Part shown: positions 1 to 9,600 of the stretch, piece after piece
How the letters are laid out: each line of letters starts with the position of its first letter
How positions within the stretch are numbered: the stretch's first letter is position 1
Source of the DNA: Candidatus Oxydemutatoraceae bacterium
GTDB lineage: Bacteria > Pseudomonadota > Gammaproteobacteria > Poriferisulfidales > Oxydemutatoraceae
Direction: 5' to 3'
Length of the DNA stretch: 64,000 nucleotides
Assembly (NCBI GenBank): GCA_965219575.1
Contig: OZ244779.1
Location: 1,228,769 to 1,292,768 of the forward strand
Notes under the pieces: model-generated
What the model saw: the letters and a program-made list of their open reading frames with translations, nothing else
Database searches by the model: none
Told to the model about the DNA's origin: nothing
Position numbers and translations under genes: made by a program

Positions 1-14
1 CACCGATTCGGAGA

Positions 15-896
15 ATGAGTAAACGCTACCCGACGGCGTTGGATATTAATTCCAGCTTGAGTGAAAGATTGGAGGCACTGCGTTTTAATCCCGTCGTCGT
101 TGCGGTGATACGCGCCGGCGAACAGAGCGGGGAAATCGCTACGGTTATAAAGCAAGCCGTTTCCAATTTACAAAAAGAAATAGAAATGAATAAAAAAGCG
201 CACAAAGGAATCGTCGGTGGTTTGCTGCTATTTGCCGCGTCGGTGGTGATCTTGTTGGGTGTATCGGCAACGACCTCGGGTGCTTTGGATTCGGTTATCG
301 AAGCCGGCATTATAAAACAACATAATTTCGCCGGACTGATCTTGAATGCTCTGGGAGACTACGCCCGCAATTACCTGTGGAGTTTGCCCTTAATTGTGGT
401 ATCGGCAACGGGTATGGTCTTTAAGTACGGCGATTATTTGAAGAAGCTATGGCCGATATCGGTTTTTGATACTTATCTGAGGACATTACGCTCGATTCGT
501 CTGGTCTTGGTATGGCTTATTTTGGAACGCGCCGGTCTGAACATAGAACACGACGAGCAGTTGCTTGCAACCGCCATCGGCACATCGCTCGCGACACGCA
601 TTTCGGCGCAGAGAAAAAGCGGAGAGACATTCGGCGATTTACTGAGTAGCCGATATTTCTCCTCGAGCTTGGAAGAGTGTTGTGCGGGTATTTCGGCACT
701 CGGTGTTTCGGACAAAATACACTTACTGGAACAGATCGAACAGATGTTGGATATAGAAAGCGCACAGCTTGCAACGACTATCTCGCGTACTTTTTATATT
801 ATCGGGATGGTCGTTGCGATGACCGCCATCGCGCTCATTTTATACGGTATCTTATTGCCGATTTATGCTTCGGGTTTGGACGGTGTGCGGTTATGA
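15..896 (+). CDS. Type II secretion system F family / PilC-like inner-membrane platform protein, probably 5'-truncated by the window edge
   Basis: Contains 'VIRAGEQSGEI' (resembles the GE.SG.L motif of GspF/PilC), three hydrophobic segments and a C-terminal 'ILLPIY' typical of the family. The frame is open back to base 3 and 293 aa is short for the family, so the true start is likely upstream. It lies immediately before two prepilin genes. Confidence 0.8.
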   Translation: MSKRYPTALDINSSLSERLEALRFNPVVVAVIRAGEQSGEIATVIKQAVSNLQKEIEMNKKAHKGIVGGLLLFAASVVILLGVSATTSGALDSVIEAGIIKQHNFAGLILNALGDYARNYLWSLPLIVVSATGMVFKYGDYLKKLWPISVFDTYLRTLRSIRLVLVWLILERAGLNIEHDEQLLATAIGTSLATRISAQRKSGETFGDLLSSRYFSSSLEECCAGISALGVSDKIHLLEQIEQMLDIESAQLATTISRTFYIIGMVVAMTAIALILYGILLPIYASGLDGVRL

Positions 897-1390
897 AATC
901 GGAGATATTCGGTTATACGCTGATAGAAGTGCTAGTCGTGGTTGCGATGCTTGCCGTTTTGACCGGTATGACGATAGTCCATACGATGCGCGATGTAGAT
1001 TTGCAGCTCGCCGAACTGGAGTTCCGCGAGCATTACCGCAAAGCCGAGAGTATATCGGTGTATGCGCGTAATTTACACACCGCAGGCTTTCGTTCGAGCG
1101 GCGACTTGAATATCGAGCAGCTACAAACTGCGACACGGGGCGGCGACCACGAGGTGCTTGCAAATGAGATTGCGCAAATAACCGCCGACCATGCAAGCGA
1201 TGATTTTAAGGTACGCTTTGCCGAAAAATATATACAAGTTAAATTTCTCGTTGCCGACGAAGTCGCGTCCGCCGGCTATCCGCTGCAAAGACGAAGCCTC
1301 AACGGAGACAAAGACGAAGTCTCGTTAAGAAGAATGATACAAGCCGAGCGCAGCCGCACCCTGAAGTTAAACGATTATTTGATGAATTGA
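893..1390 (+). CDS. Prepilin-type N-terminal cleavage/methylation domain protein (pilin/pseudopilin), 165 aa
   Basis: ATG at 893 overlaps the upstream stop (ATGA). MKSEIFG|YTLIEVLVVVAMLAVLTGM is a class III signal peptide with Gly at -1, Glu at +5 and a hydrophobic helix. The ORF-track start at 677 is over-extended. Confidence 0.85.
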   Translation: MKSEIFGYTLIEVLVVVAMLAVLTGMTIVHTMRDVDLQLAELEFREHYRKAESISVYARNLHTAGFRSSGDLNIEQLQTATRGGDHEVLANEIAQITADHASDDFKVRFAEKYIQVKFLVADEVASAGYPLQRRSLNGDKDEVSLRRMIQAERSRTLKLNDYLMN

Positions 1391-1393
1391 GGT

Positions 1394-2290
1394 ATGGCGG
1401 GAATCGTGCGACACGACGATACGATAAAAAGGCAATGTGGTTTTACATTGATAGAAACCCTGATCACGGTGGCTATTTTGTCAATTTTGGTTTCCGGTTA
1501 TGCGGCATTCAAGTTGGAAGCCGATATTAGCGAATTAAACCAAAAGCTGTCGGATGCGCTGGTCGAAGAGTTCACATTGCTCGGTAATCAAGCGCAAACG
1601 GTTTATGCGCAGACCGGTTCGTGGCCGGGCTATGCGAACCGATGTGTGCGCGCACTCGACGATGTTACGATGCAGGAGTTGAGCGTAGATCAAAACTCGC
1701 CGTTTCCTGCGCTACCTTATACGACGGGTTGCACCGATAGAATATTCACGATTAGTATCGAGATGCCCGCGAGCTTAGCGGCATGGGCGTACTATATCGG
1801 AGCTAGAACGCCGAGCATCGATAGTCCGTTGCTTTTATCGAACGATAATCTAGGGCTGACATCCAACTGGCCGCTGCCGGCGGATATCACCGTGTTCAAA
1901 CAACTACTGAACGATTATTATAAGCTCGACGGTTCGCAGGCGATGACCGGCGATATGAACCTAGACGGGCATAATATCGTCGGCATCGCCAAGGCGCAGG
2001 GGAACGATTTCGAGCTGAGCCGCAAACACAGCTTGAGTAAAACGGTGCAGAATATTCAACTCGTTCGCGCCGGCGACACGATTGCCAAACCCGATTGTGC
2101 CTTGCCGAAAATTTATATAACATCCGCCAATATAGGGAACCCGTCCGGGCGACCGGTGACCTCTATACAATGGACGGCATCCGCCGGTGCCAACACATGG
2201 ACTATAGAAAACACGCTGTCCGACGACAGAAGTTTTAATAGCAACGATAAAAGTTTTTTAAGGGGTATTGCGATCGTTAAATGTTCCTAG
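1394..2290 (+). CDS. Large prepilin-type protein (minor pilin / putative pilus tip protein, PilV-like), 298 aa
   Basis: KRQCG|FTLIETLITVAILSILV class III signal. Several Cys residues. The C-terminal half has 'YYKLDGSQAMTGDMNLDGHNI' and 'IAKPDC...PKIYI' and ends in 'KCS'. Starts 3 nt after the previous stop. Confidence 0.85.
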   Translation: MAGIVRHDDTIKRQCGFTLIETLITVAILSILVSGYAAFKLEADISELNQKLSDALVEEFTLLGNQAQTVYAQTGSWPGYANRCVRALDDVTMQELSVDQNSPFPALPYTTGCTDRIFTISIEMPASLAAWAYYIGARTPSIDSPLLLSNDNLGLTSNWPLPADITVFKQLLNDYYKLDGSQAMTGDMNLDGHNIVGIAKAQGNDFELSRKHSLSKTVQNIQLVRAGDTIAKPDCALPKIYITSANIGNPSGRPVTSIQWTASAGANTWTIENTLSDDRSFNSNDKSFLRGIAIVKCS

Positions 2291-2398
2291 CCCTAAACGC
2301 TAAGCTGTGTTAAGATGTGGCATTGATATGAAATTTTCGGTTGCCGACAACACCCGATGAAGGGCCGGAAAAAGCTACAATCAATGGAGAGAAAATAA

Positions 2399-2620
2399 AT
2401 GCCAAAAGCGGAAAATATACAAGAACCTTTTTTGAATGCGCTTCGAAAAGAAGGAACTCCTGTTTCAATCTATTTGGTTAACGGCATTAAGTTGCAAGGC
2501 AAAATAGAATCTTACGACTCGTTCATTATTTTGCTGAAAAACGGCAGTTCGCAAATAGTATATAAGCACGCTATTTCGACAATTGTTTCGGAACAGTCGT
2601 TTAAGATAGACAGAACATAA
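2399..2620 (+). CDS. hfq: RNA chaperone Hfq
   Basis: Q.PFLNALR..., [21 protein letters not shown] and YKHAIST Sm1/Sm2 motifs; GGAGAG Shine-Dalgarno upstream. Confidence 0.97.
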   Translation: MPKAENIQEPFLNALRKEGTPVSIYLVNGIKLQGKIESYDSFIILLKNGSSQIVYKHAISTIVSEQSFKIDRT

Positions 2621-2648
2621 GTCGTTCTACATAGAAGGCGCGACGGCT

Positions 2649-3446
2649 ATGTGGCATGTGCAGGCGATACCGGCATTTGCGGATAACTATCTATGGCTGT
2701 TGAGCGGAGACGACGATAACCGTGCGGCAATCGTCGACCCCGGCGATGCCGTACCAATATTGGAAGTACTGCAAAAGAATGCACTCGAATTATCTGCGAT
2801 TTTGATTACCCACCACCATGCCGACCATATCGGCGGCGTGCAGCGGTTGACGGAGTGTTATTCCGGAGTACAAGTTTACGGCCCCGAAGATCCGCGTATT
2901 CCGATGGTTCGGCATGTGATGCGCGAACGGTCTCGTTTGACGCTTGATTTTTTGCAAGCCTCTTTCGAGGTGATGGAGGTGCCCGGTCATACGGCAACGC
3001 ATATTGCATACTACGCCGACGCATCCGATTCGACCGTGTCGCGACTATTTTGCGGCGACACCGTCTTTGCGTGCGGTTGCGGACGTCTGTTCGAAGGCAC
3101 ACCGGCACAGATGCACACATCGCTGAGTAAAATAAAAGCGTTGCCGCCTACAACCGAAATCTATTGTGCGCACGAATACACGCTCGATAATATTGAATTT
3201 GCAAAGTGGGTCGAACCCGACAATGCGAATTTATTAGCACGCGAACGAGAAGCGAAAGCACTGCGCAAAGTGGGCAGATATACGGTACCGTCGCAATTAG
3301 CCGATGAATGCGAAACCAATCCTTTTTTGCGTTTCGATCAACCCGATGTAATAAAAGCGGCGGAACGCTACGCCGGTCATGCCTTGAATACCGAGGCCGA
3401 AGTTTTCGCCGCGGTGCGTCATTGGAAAGATAACGAATTCGATTAA
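2649..3446 (+). CDS. gloB: Hydroxyacylglutathione hydrolase (glyoxalase II)
   Basis: IPAF.DNY.W, VDPGDA, THHHADHIGG metallo-beta-lactamase motif, VPGHT..HI, LFCGDT.F..GCGRLFEG, CAHEYT..N and ETNPFLR are all present. Confidence 0.96.
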   Translation: MWHVQAIPAFADNYLWLLSGDDDNRAAIVDPGDAVPILEVLQKNALELSAILITHHHADHIGGVQRLTECYSGVQVYGPEDPRIPMVRHVMRERSRLTLDFLQASFEVMEVPGHTATHIAYYADASDSTVSRLFCGDTVFACGCGRLFEGTPAQMHTSLSKIKALPPTTEIYCAHEYTLDNIEFAKWVEPDNANLLAREREAKALRKVGRYTVPSQLADECETNPFLRFDQPDVIKAAERYAGHALNTEAEVFAAVRHWKDNEFD

Positions 3447-3460
3447 ACCCGAAATAATTT

Positions 3461-3526
3461 TATAGAGTTTATAAAAGATTACGGTAGAAATTATAAAATA
3501 CTACCGTCTATTTACATCGGTATAAT
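3461..3526 (+). promoter_or_regulatory. Putative promoter of giant gene 1: 22-bp direct repeat followed by a -10 box
   Basis: TATAGAGTTTATAAAAGATTAC (3461-3482) and GGTAGAAATTATAAAATACTAC (3483-3504), then TATAAT at 3521-3526. The same arrangement recurs upstream of gene 2. Confidence 0.5.
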
Positions 3527-3556
3527 AGCCACTCGATCAAGGATGATTTAAATGAA

Positions 3557-3604
3557 ATGGAGTTCATCAAATTGGAAAACAAATATTTCATAAGTAGCTT
3601 CTAA
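3557..3604 (+). other. Candidate leader uORF MEFIKLENKYFISSF upstream of giant gene 1
   Basis: ATG at 3557 to TAA at 3604. The last seven codons (KYFISSF*) are shared with the uORF upstream of gene 2. Confidence 0.35.
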
Positions 3605-3645
3605 GTCCGTTACTATCTCACCTTACTCACCACGGACGAAAGAAA

Positions 3646-6600
3646 ATGAAGTTGCTCTTCATATCTACTTTTATTGTAGTTACAGGATTATTACAGCCCG
3701 TATCGGCTCAAGATACTTTTGAATGCAATTACACAACCGATATAGATCAAGACAAAGACGGCTTGATAGAACTATGCGATCTGGATGCACTCGATGCGGT
3801 TCGCTATCAGCTCGACGGCAGCGGTTATAGAGAAAGTTTCGATGCGGTCAAGATAACCGCCGGGTGTCCCCCGAGCGGTTGCAACGGCTACGAGTTGCGT
3901 AGAGACTTGGATTTCAACATCGAGGATAGCTATCGCGATCTCGCCAACAAAGCAGCATGGACGAGCGGTTCGGGTTGGTTGCCTATAGGCGATCGGCTCA
4001 ACTTCTTTGCCGCGAGGTTCGAAGGCAACGGTCATACGATAGCCAATCTTTATATCGATAGACCGTCGGATTATGTCGGTTTATTCAGGGCGACTTCGAC
4101 GCCGGCTAAAATAAGCGACCTGATATTGTCGCAAATAAACATCAAAGGAAACTCGTATGTCGGTGGTTTAGCGGGTCATAACGCCGGTAGCGTCGCTTAT
4201 GTCGGTGTCGAAGGCGGTCGCCTAATCGCTACGGGCAACACCGTAGGCGGGTTGTTCGGTGCCAACGCCGGGACAATACTCAACGGCGATGTCATGCTCG
4301 AGCGTTTAGAGAGTCGCGGGCATAGTCTCGGCGGTCTGGTCGGTCATAACGAGGGGCATGTTACTTATAGTGTTGCCGATACCGGTTTATTCGGTGTCAG
4401 CCAAGTCGGAGGCTTGGTCGGTCTCAATGCTCGCGGTGTATTGACCGACAGTCGCTCCGACGGGACTGCGAATGGGAGCGATTATATCGGTGGTTTGGTC
4501 GGTCTCAATCATGCTCGGATTAGTGCGAGCTATGCGATCGGCAAAGTGATAAGCGAGGGTTCGTATAGCGGTGGCTTGGTCGGTGCCAACGACCGTGGCG
4601 GTAGAATTGCCGATAGTCGGGCGAGCGGTACGGTTTCCGGCAATCTCTATGCGGGCGGTCTGGTCGGTTGGAATAGGGACAGTGAGATCACCAATAGTTT
4701 TGCGCTTAATCGTGTAGACGGCAATAGCGATGTAGGCGGTCTGGTTGGCTGGAACGAGGGCGGTCGAATAAGCAATACCTATTCAAGCGGTTCTGTCAAC
4801 GGGATGCATAGAGTCGGTGGTTTGGTCGGCAGTAATAAAGGCATCGTTTCCGACAGTTTTGCAAACGGACGCGTTGTCGCAAGCGGTGTAAATACAGGTG
4901 GTTTGATCGGCTGGAATTATGCCCATCAGACCAGAGATGCCACCACGGTGCGTGTGATACACAGCTATTGGAATAGCAACACTGTCGGGATATCGCTCAG
5001 TGCCGGTGGAAGTCCTCGGACTACCGAACAGCTACAATCACCGACTGCGCCCGGTCTACTCGGTGAGACTTTCGAGAGATGGGATGTTGCCGATTGGGAT
5101 TTCGGCACCGACGAACAATACCCGATACTCAAACACAGCGAAGGTTCTAATACGGGACACCTATTGTCGGGTCAATACATTATGCTGTCGGGTCTGCTGG
5201 TATTGGACGGGTTAACTTTATCTCCGGCGTTTGATCCGCAAACCTTCGACTATCGCGTACACCTAAGCGACGATAACTTAAGACAAATAAGGTTCAGTCC
5301 TACGATAGCGAATAGCACGCAAACGATTAGTGTTCTCAAAGACGAGAAAACCGGTTTGCCGTCGGTGAACAACGGCGAGACGGTGACGGTCGATTTGAAT
5401 GGTGTTCCCGAGCCGACCTTGGTGACGATAGCGAGGCACTATCGGATCCGAGTGGTGCATCAATCCGCCTTGCAAGTAAAGATCGGTAGCAATCGCTCGG
5501 ATTACAGGGTGAGCGAAGGACAAGATATTGTATTCGATGTTTCAACCTCCGAGCCGGACTTGCGGCGAGTGCGCTATCGCTGGAGTCAGGTTTCACCGCT
5601 GCAACCCGATTTATTAACGGACTCGGACACCGGCTTAGCCGAGTTGAACATCGATATACCCGACGATTTTGTAGCTCGAGATAACGACGAAAGCCCTGTT
5701 GTATTGCGAGTGGAAGTACGCGTCGATGAGACAACCGTAGTTCGCAATACGACGATGACGGTCGTCAAAACGAATAACGGCGGTATAAGCACCTTAGCTG
5801 CCCCGACCTATCGCGAAGGCACCCTGACGGTGGCGGATATAAGCGAAGCCGATTTATCTATGGAGCCCGACGGCGGTGTCGATCCGAGCAGCTTGAGCTA
5901 CCGGTGGCAGTACAAGCTACCGTCGGCTTCCGCATCATGGCACGATATTGAAGATGCGACGCAAATACACTATCAGATACCTTTTGTATTATCGGCAATC
6001 GATAATGTCGGCTATCGTGTATGGCTGGATTATGATGATAATCAGGGTTACTATCACCGCATCGTATCCGAACCACGATCGGCTATGCGTGTTGTAGCAG
6101 ATGACGGTTTTAGCGACATCTATTATCTGGAGGATTTGAATGCGATACGCAATCAACCGAACGGCAAATACGAGTTGGTCCGAGATTTGGATTTTAACTC
6201 GGATGCGAGCTACCGAGACCCAATCAATAAAGCGAAGTGGACGGTAGCCGATTACGAGAACGATGCGGACGCCGGCTGGTTGCCGATAGGTACGATTGCA
6301 AATCGTTTCACAGGTACTTTCGAGGGTCACGGTCATGCGATATTCAATTTGCAGATAAATAGAGACACCGCCGACTATCAGGGTTTATTCGGTGTTTCGG
6401 GATCTGCTGCGACCGTAAGAAATGTCGGTTTGCCGAATGTCAAGATAGAAGGAAATAGATATATAGGCGGCGTCGTGGGTTCCAGCGGAGGTACTATTGT
6501 CGGCAGCTACATCCTCGGCAAGGTATCGGCGAATAGTTTTTTAGGCGGACTGGTAGGGGAAAACGACGGCAGAATTATTAATAGCTACGCCGGTGTCGTT

Positions 6601-9600
6601 GCTTCGGCGTTAAACCGACAATTAGGTGATTTGGTCGGCATCAACAGAGGGTCTATAACAAACAGCTATGCGACGGGAAATGTCGAAGGAGTTTCGGCGG
6701 GTAGTCTGGTGGGTCAAAATTTCTCTGCCGGTTCAATCACTAATAGTTATGCTATCGGTAGGGTGCAAGGAAGCGGCGGTGGTTTGGCTGCGACCAATGA
6801 AGGAGTCATTAGAGCAAGCTATTGGAATACCGAGACCGGCGGTTTACAAGGTCGTAATGGAAGCGGTCGGACTACGCAGCAAATGCAGTTGCCTACTGCG
6901 GCGATCGGGATATACGAATCGTGGGACAATGCCGATTGGGACTTCGGCAACAGCGCACAGTATCCGATCCTCAAATACGCACCGGGACCCGACGGCGATG
7001 CGTGCGGTGTGTCGGGATTGCCGCAGTGCGGTGCGTTGATATCGCCGCGCCTGCGCTACGGTTTGCGTAGCTTGGCAACGGCGGGCGGTGTTGCTTTAGC
7101 TCCCGAGTTCGATATCGAGGTACAAAACCGAAGCGGTATTTATATCGGTAGTCTGCGCAGTACCGATAACACGATACGGTTGATTCCGACGACGATAGAA
7201 CCGACTGCGGATATTCGTTTCTACATCGGCGACGATAACACCGTCTATGACCACATCCGAAGCGGCGAGACGAGTAAAGCGATTTCGTTGAAAACAAACT
7301 TTACAACCCGTATTCATATTGAAGTGCAAGGAATGCTAACTGTCGGCTATACGCTGTATATCGATCATCGAAACACCGCCGAGTTTACGGCGATCAACTA
7401 TTTGGAAGATTTGCGTGCGATACATCGGCAGCCTGGAGGTTCCTATAAGTTGGCTAGGAACTTGGATTTTGAAGACAGCAAAAGTTATCTGGATCCGTTG
7501 AACAGGATTCTTTGGACGGTAGACGACTACAACGATGCCGGCGATACAGGTTGGGTGCCCATAGGCAACGAGTCAAAGCCTTTCGCCGGTCGCTTCGACG
7601 GCAACGGCTATACGATATCGGGTTTGCAGATCAATAGAGACGATGCCGACAATCAAAGTTTATTCGGCGTTGCGGCATCTAGTGCCGTTATAAGCAATAT
7701 CGGCTTGTTGAATGTCAAGATAGAGGGTGGCACCCAAGCTGCCGGATTGGTCGGCACCAACCGTGGACGAGTGGTTCACAGTCATGTCGGAGGTAGTGTC
7801 CGATCGAAAAATATGGCGGGTGTGATCGGCGGTCTCGTTGCAAACAACGACGGCGGAGATATTATCGGTAGTTATGCGCTAGGTCGAGTTTCGGGGATTT
7901 CATCGGTCGGTGGTTTGGTCGGAGATAACAACGGCAGGGTTATCAATAGTCGCACCGATAGTATCGTAACACCGGATTCGGGAGGCTCTCGGTTCGGTGG
8001 TTTGGTGGGGCGTAATCGGAGTCTAATTGCCAATAGTTATGCAAGCGGCAAAATTTTGACAAAAAGTTCCATCAAAGGGGGTCTGGTCGGTTGGAATGAC
8101 TCGCAAGCACGGATCGTTAACGGTTATGCGGCGGTTGATATTGTCGGTGCCGTAGCGGGCGGTCTGGTTGGATATAACCGTGGTGCTATAAAAAATAGTT
8201 ATGCGATCGGTGAATTGAGAAGCACCGGCAATGCAATAGGTAGTTTGATCGGAGCCAACGATGGCGGCACATCCGTCGCAAGCTATTGGAATAGCGATAC
8301 GATTGTTGCCGGAAGTCGCAACGGCATCGGGCAGACCACGACACAGCTAAAATCACCGACCGCCCCCGGTTTACCGGGTGAGACTTTCGAGAGTTGGGAT
8401 GTTGCCGATTGGGATTTCGGCACATTCGAGCAATATCCGACACTTAAATATGCACCGGGGTCGGACGGAACCGCATGTGGTTTATCGGGGTTGCCGCAAT
8501 GCGGCGATCTAATATCGCCGGGATTACGCTACGGTTTGCATAGTTTAAGCACGGCGGGCAATGCGAGGTTTTTTACACCGATCGACATCGAAAAGCTCAA
8601 CCAAAACAATGTTTATTCTATTACCATCCTCAACGATCGTCCGAGTGTACGGTTGACCCCGGTTGCGATCGAGTCAACTGCGCGTATTAGCATTATAGGG
8701 TCTGTGCGAGAAACCCTAGACAGCCACGATACGAGTTTGCCGATTTCGTTAAAAAACGACGAAGTAAAGAAAGTGATTATCGAAGTGGAAGGCACACGGA
8801 CGGTTAGGTATACGCTTTATCTGAGCTATGCGAACTATAAGCTCATCGACGAAGACGGCGACAGTCTCGTCGATATCGATTATTTGGAAGATTTGGATGC
8901 GATACGTTATCAGTTGGACGGTAGCGGTTATAGAGCAAGCATCGGGTCGGCCAAGATTACATCGGGCTGCCCGAGGCAAGGCTGTCGCGGTTATGAATTG
9001 TCGAGAGATTTGGATTTTAACGATGCCGGTAGCTATCGCAACGCCGAGGAGAATATGGGTCGCTGGACCGGCGCAGGTACTTGGTTTCCTATAGGAGGGA
9101 CTTTCACCGCTACATTCAAGGGCAATAATAAAACGATTGCCAATTTAAGCATGGGTGTAAACGGCGGTCTTTTTAGCGCAATAGGTAGCGATAGTCGTGT
9201 TGCCCGTATAGACGGTATCGGATTAACGGGTGTCGATATTAAAGGGAATGCAGTTGCCGGCATCGCTGCGTCGTGTAAGCGGTGTACGATAAGCAATAGC
9301 TATGTGATAGGAGATATACAAGGAACCGCCGCTGCCGCCGGTTTGGTGAATACTATCGGCGCAACGAGCGGTGGGCGCGCCCGAATTAGCAATAGTTATT
9401 TCGTCGGCAATATTGCCGTCGACGGTCGATCGTCGGTTGCCGGAGGGTTGGTCGGCGATGTAGACTCCGATCTAACCATTACCGACAGCTATGTGGTAGG
9501 CGAGATTAGCGGAGAACACAATGGCGGATTTATAGGTGGTTTGGTCGGGGTACGCTCGTCGTCGGTTATTGAAATCGGCAACAGCTATGCGAGTGTTTCG

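Noticed and set aside
677-892. N-terminal extension of the 237-aa ORF 677..1390
   Set aside because: It overlaps the PilC-like gene. The prepilin signal and the ATGA coupling place the real start at 893.
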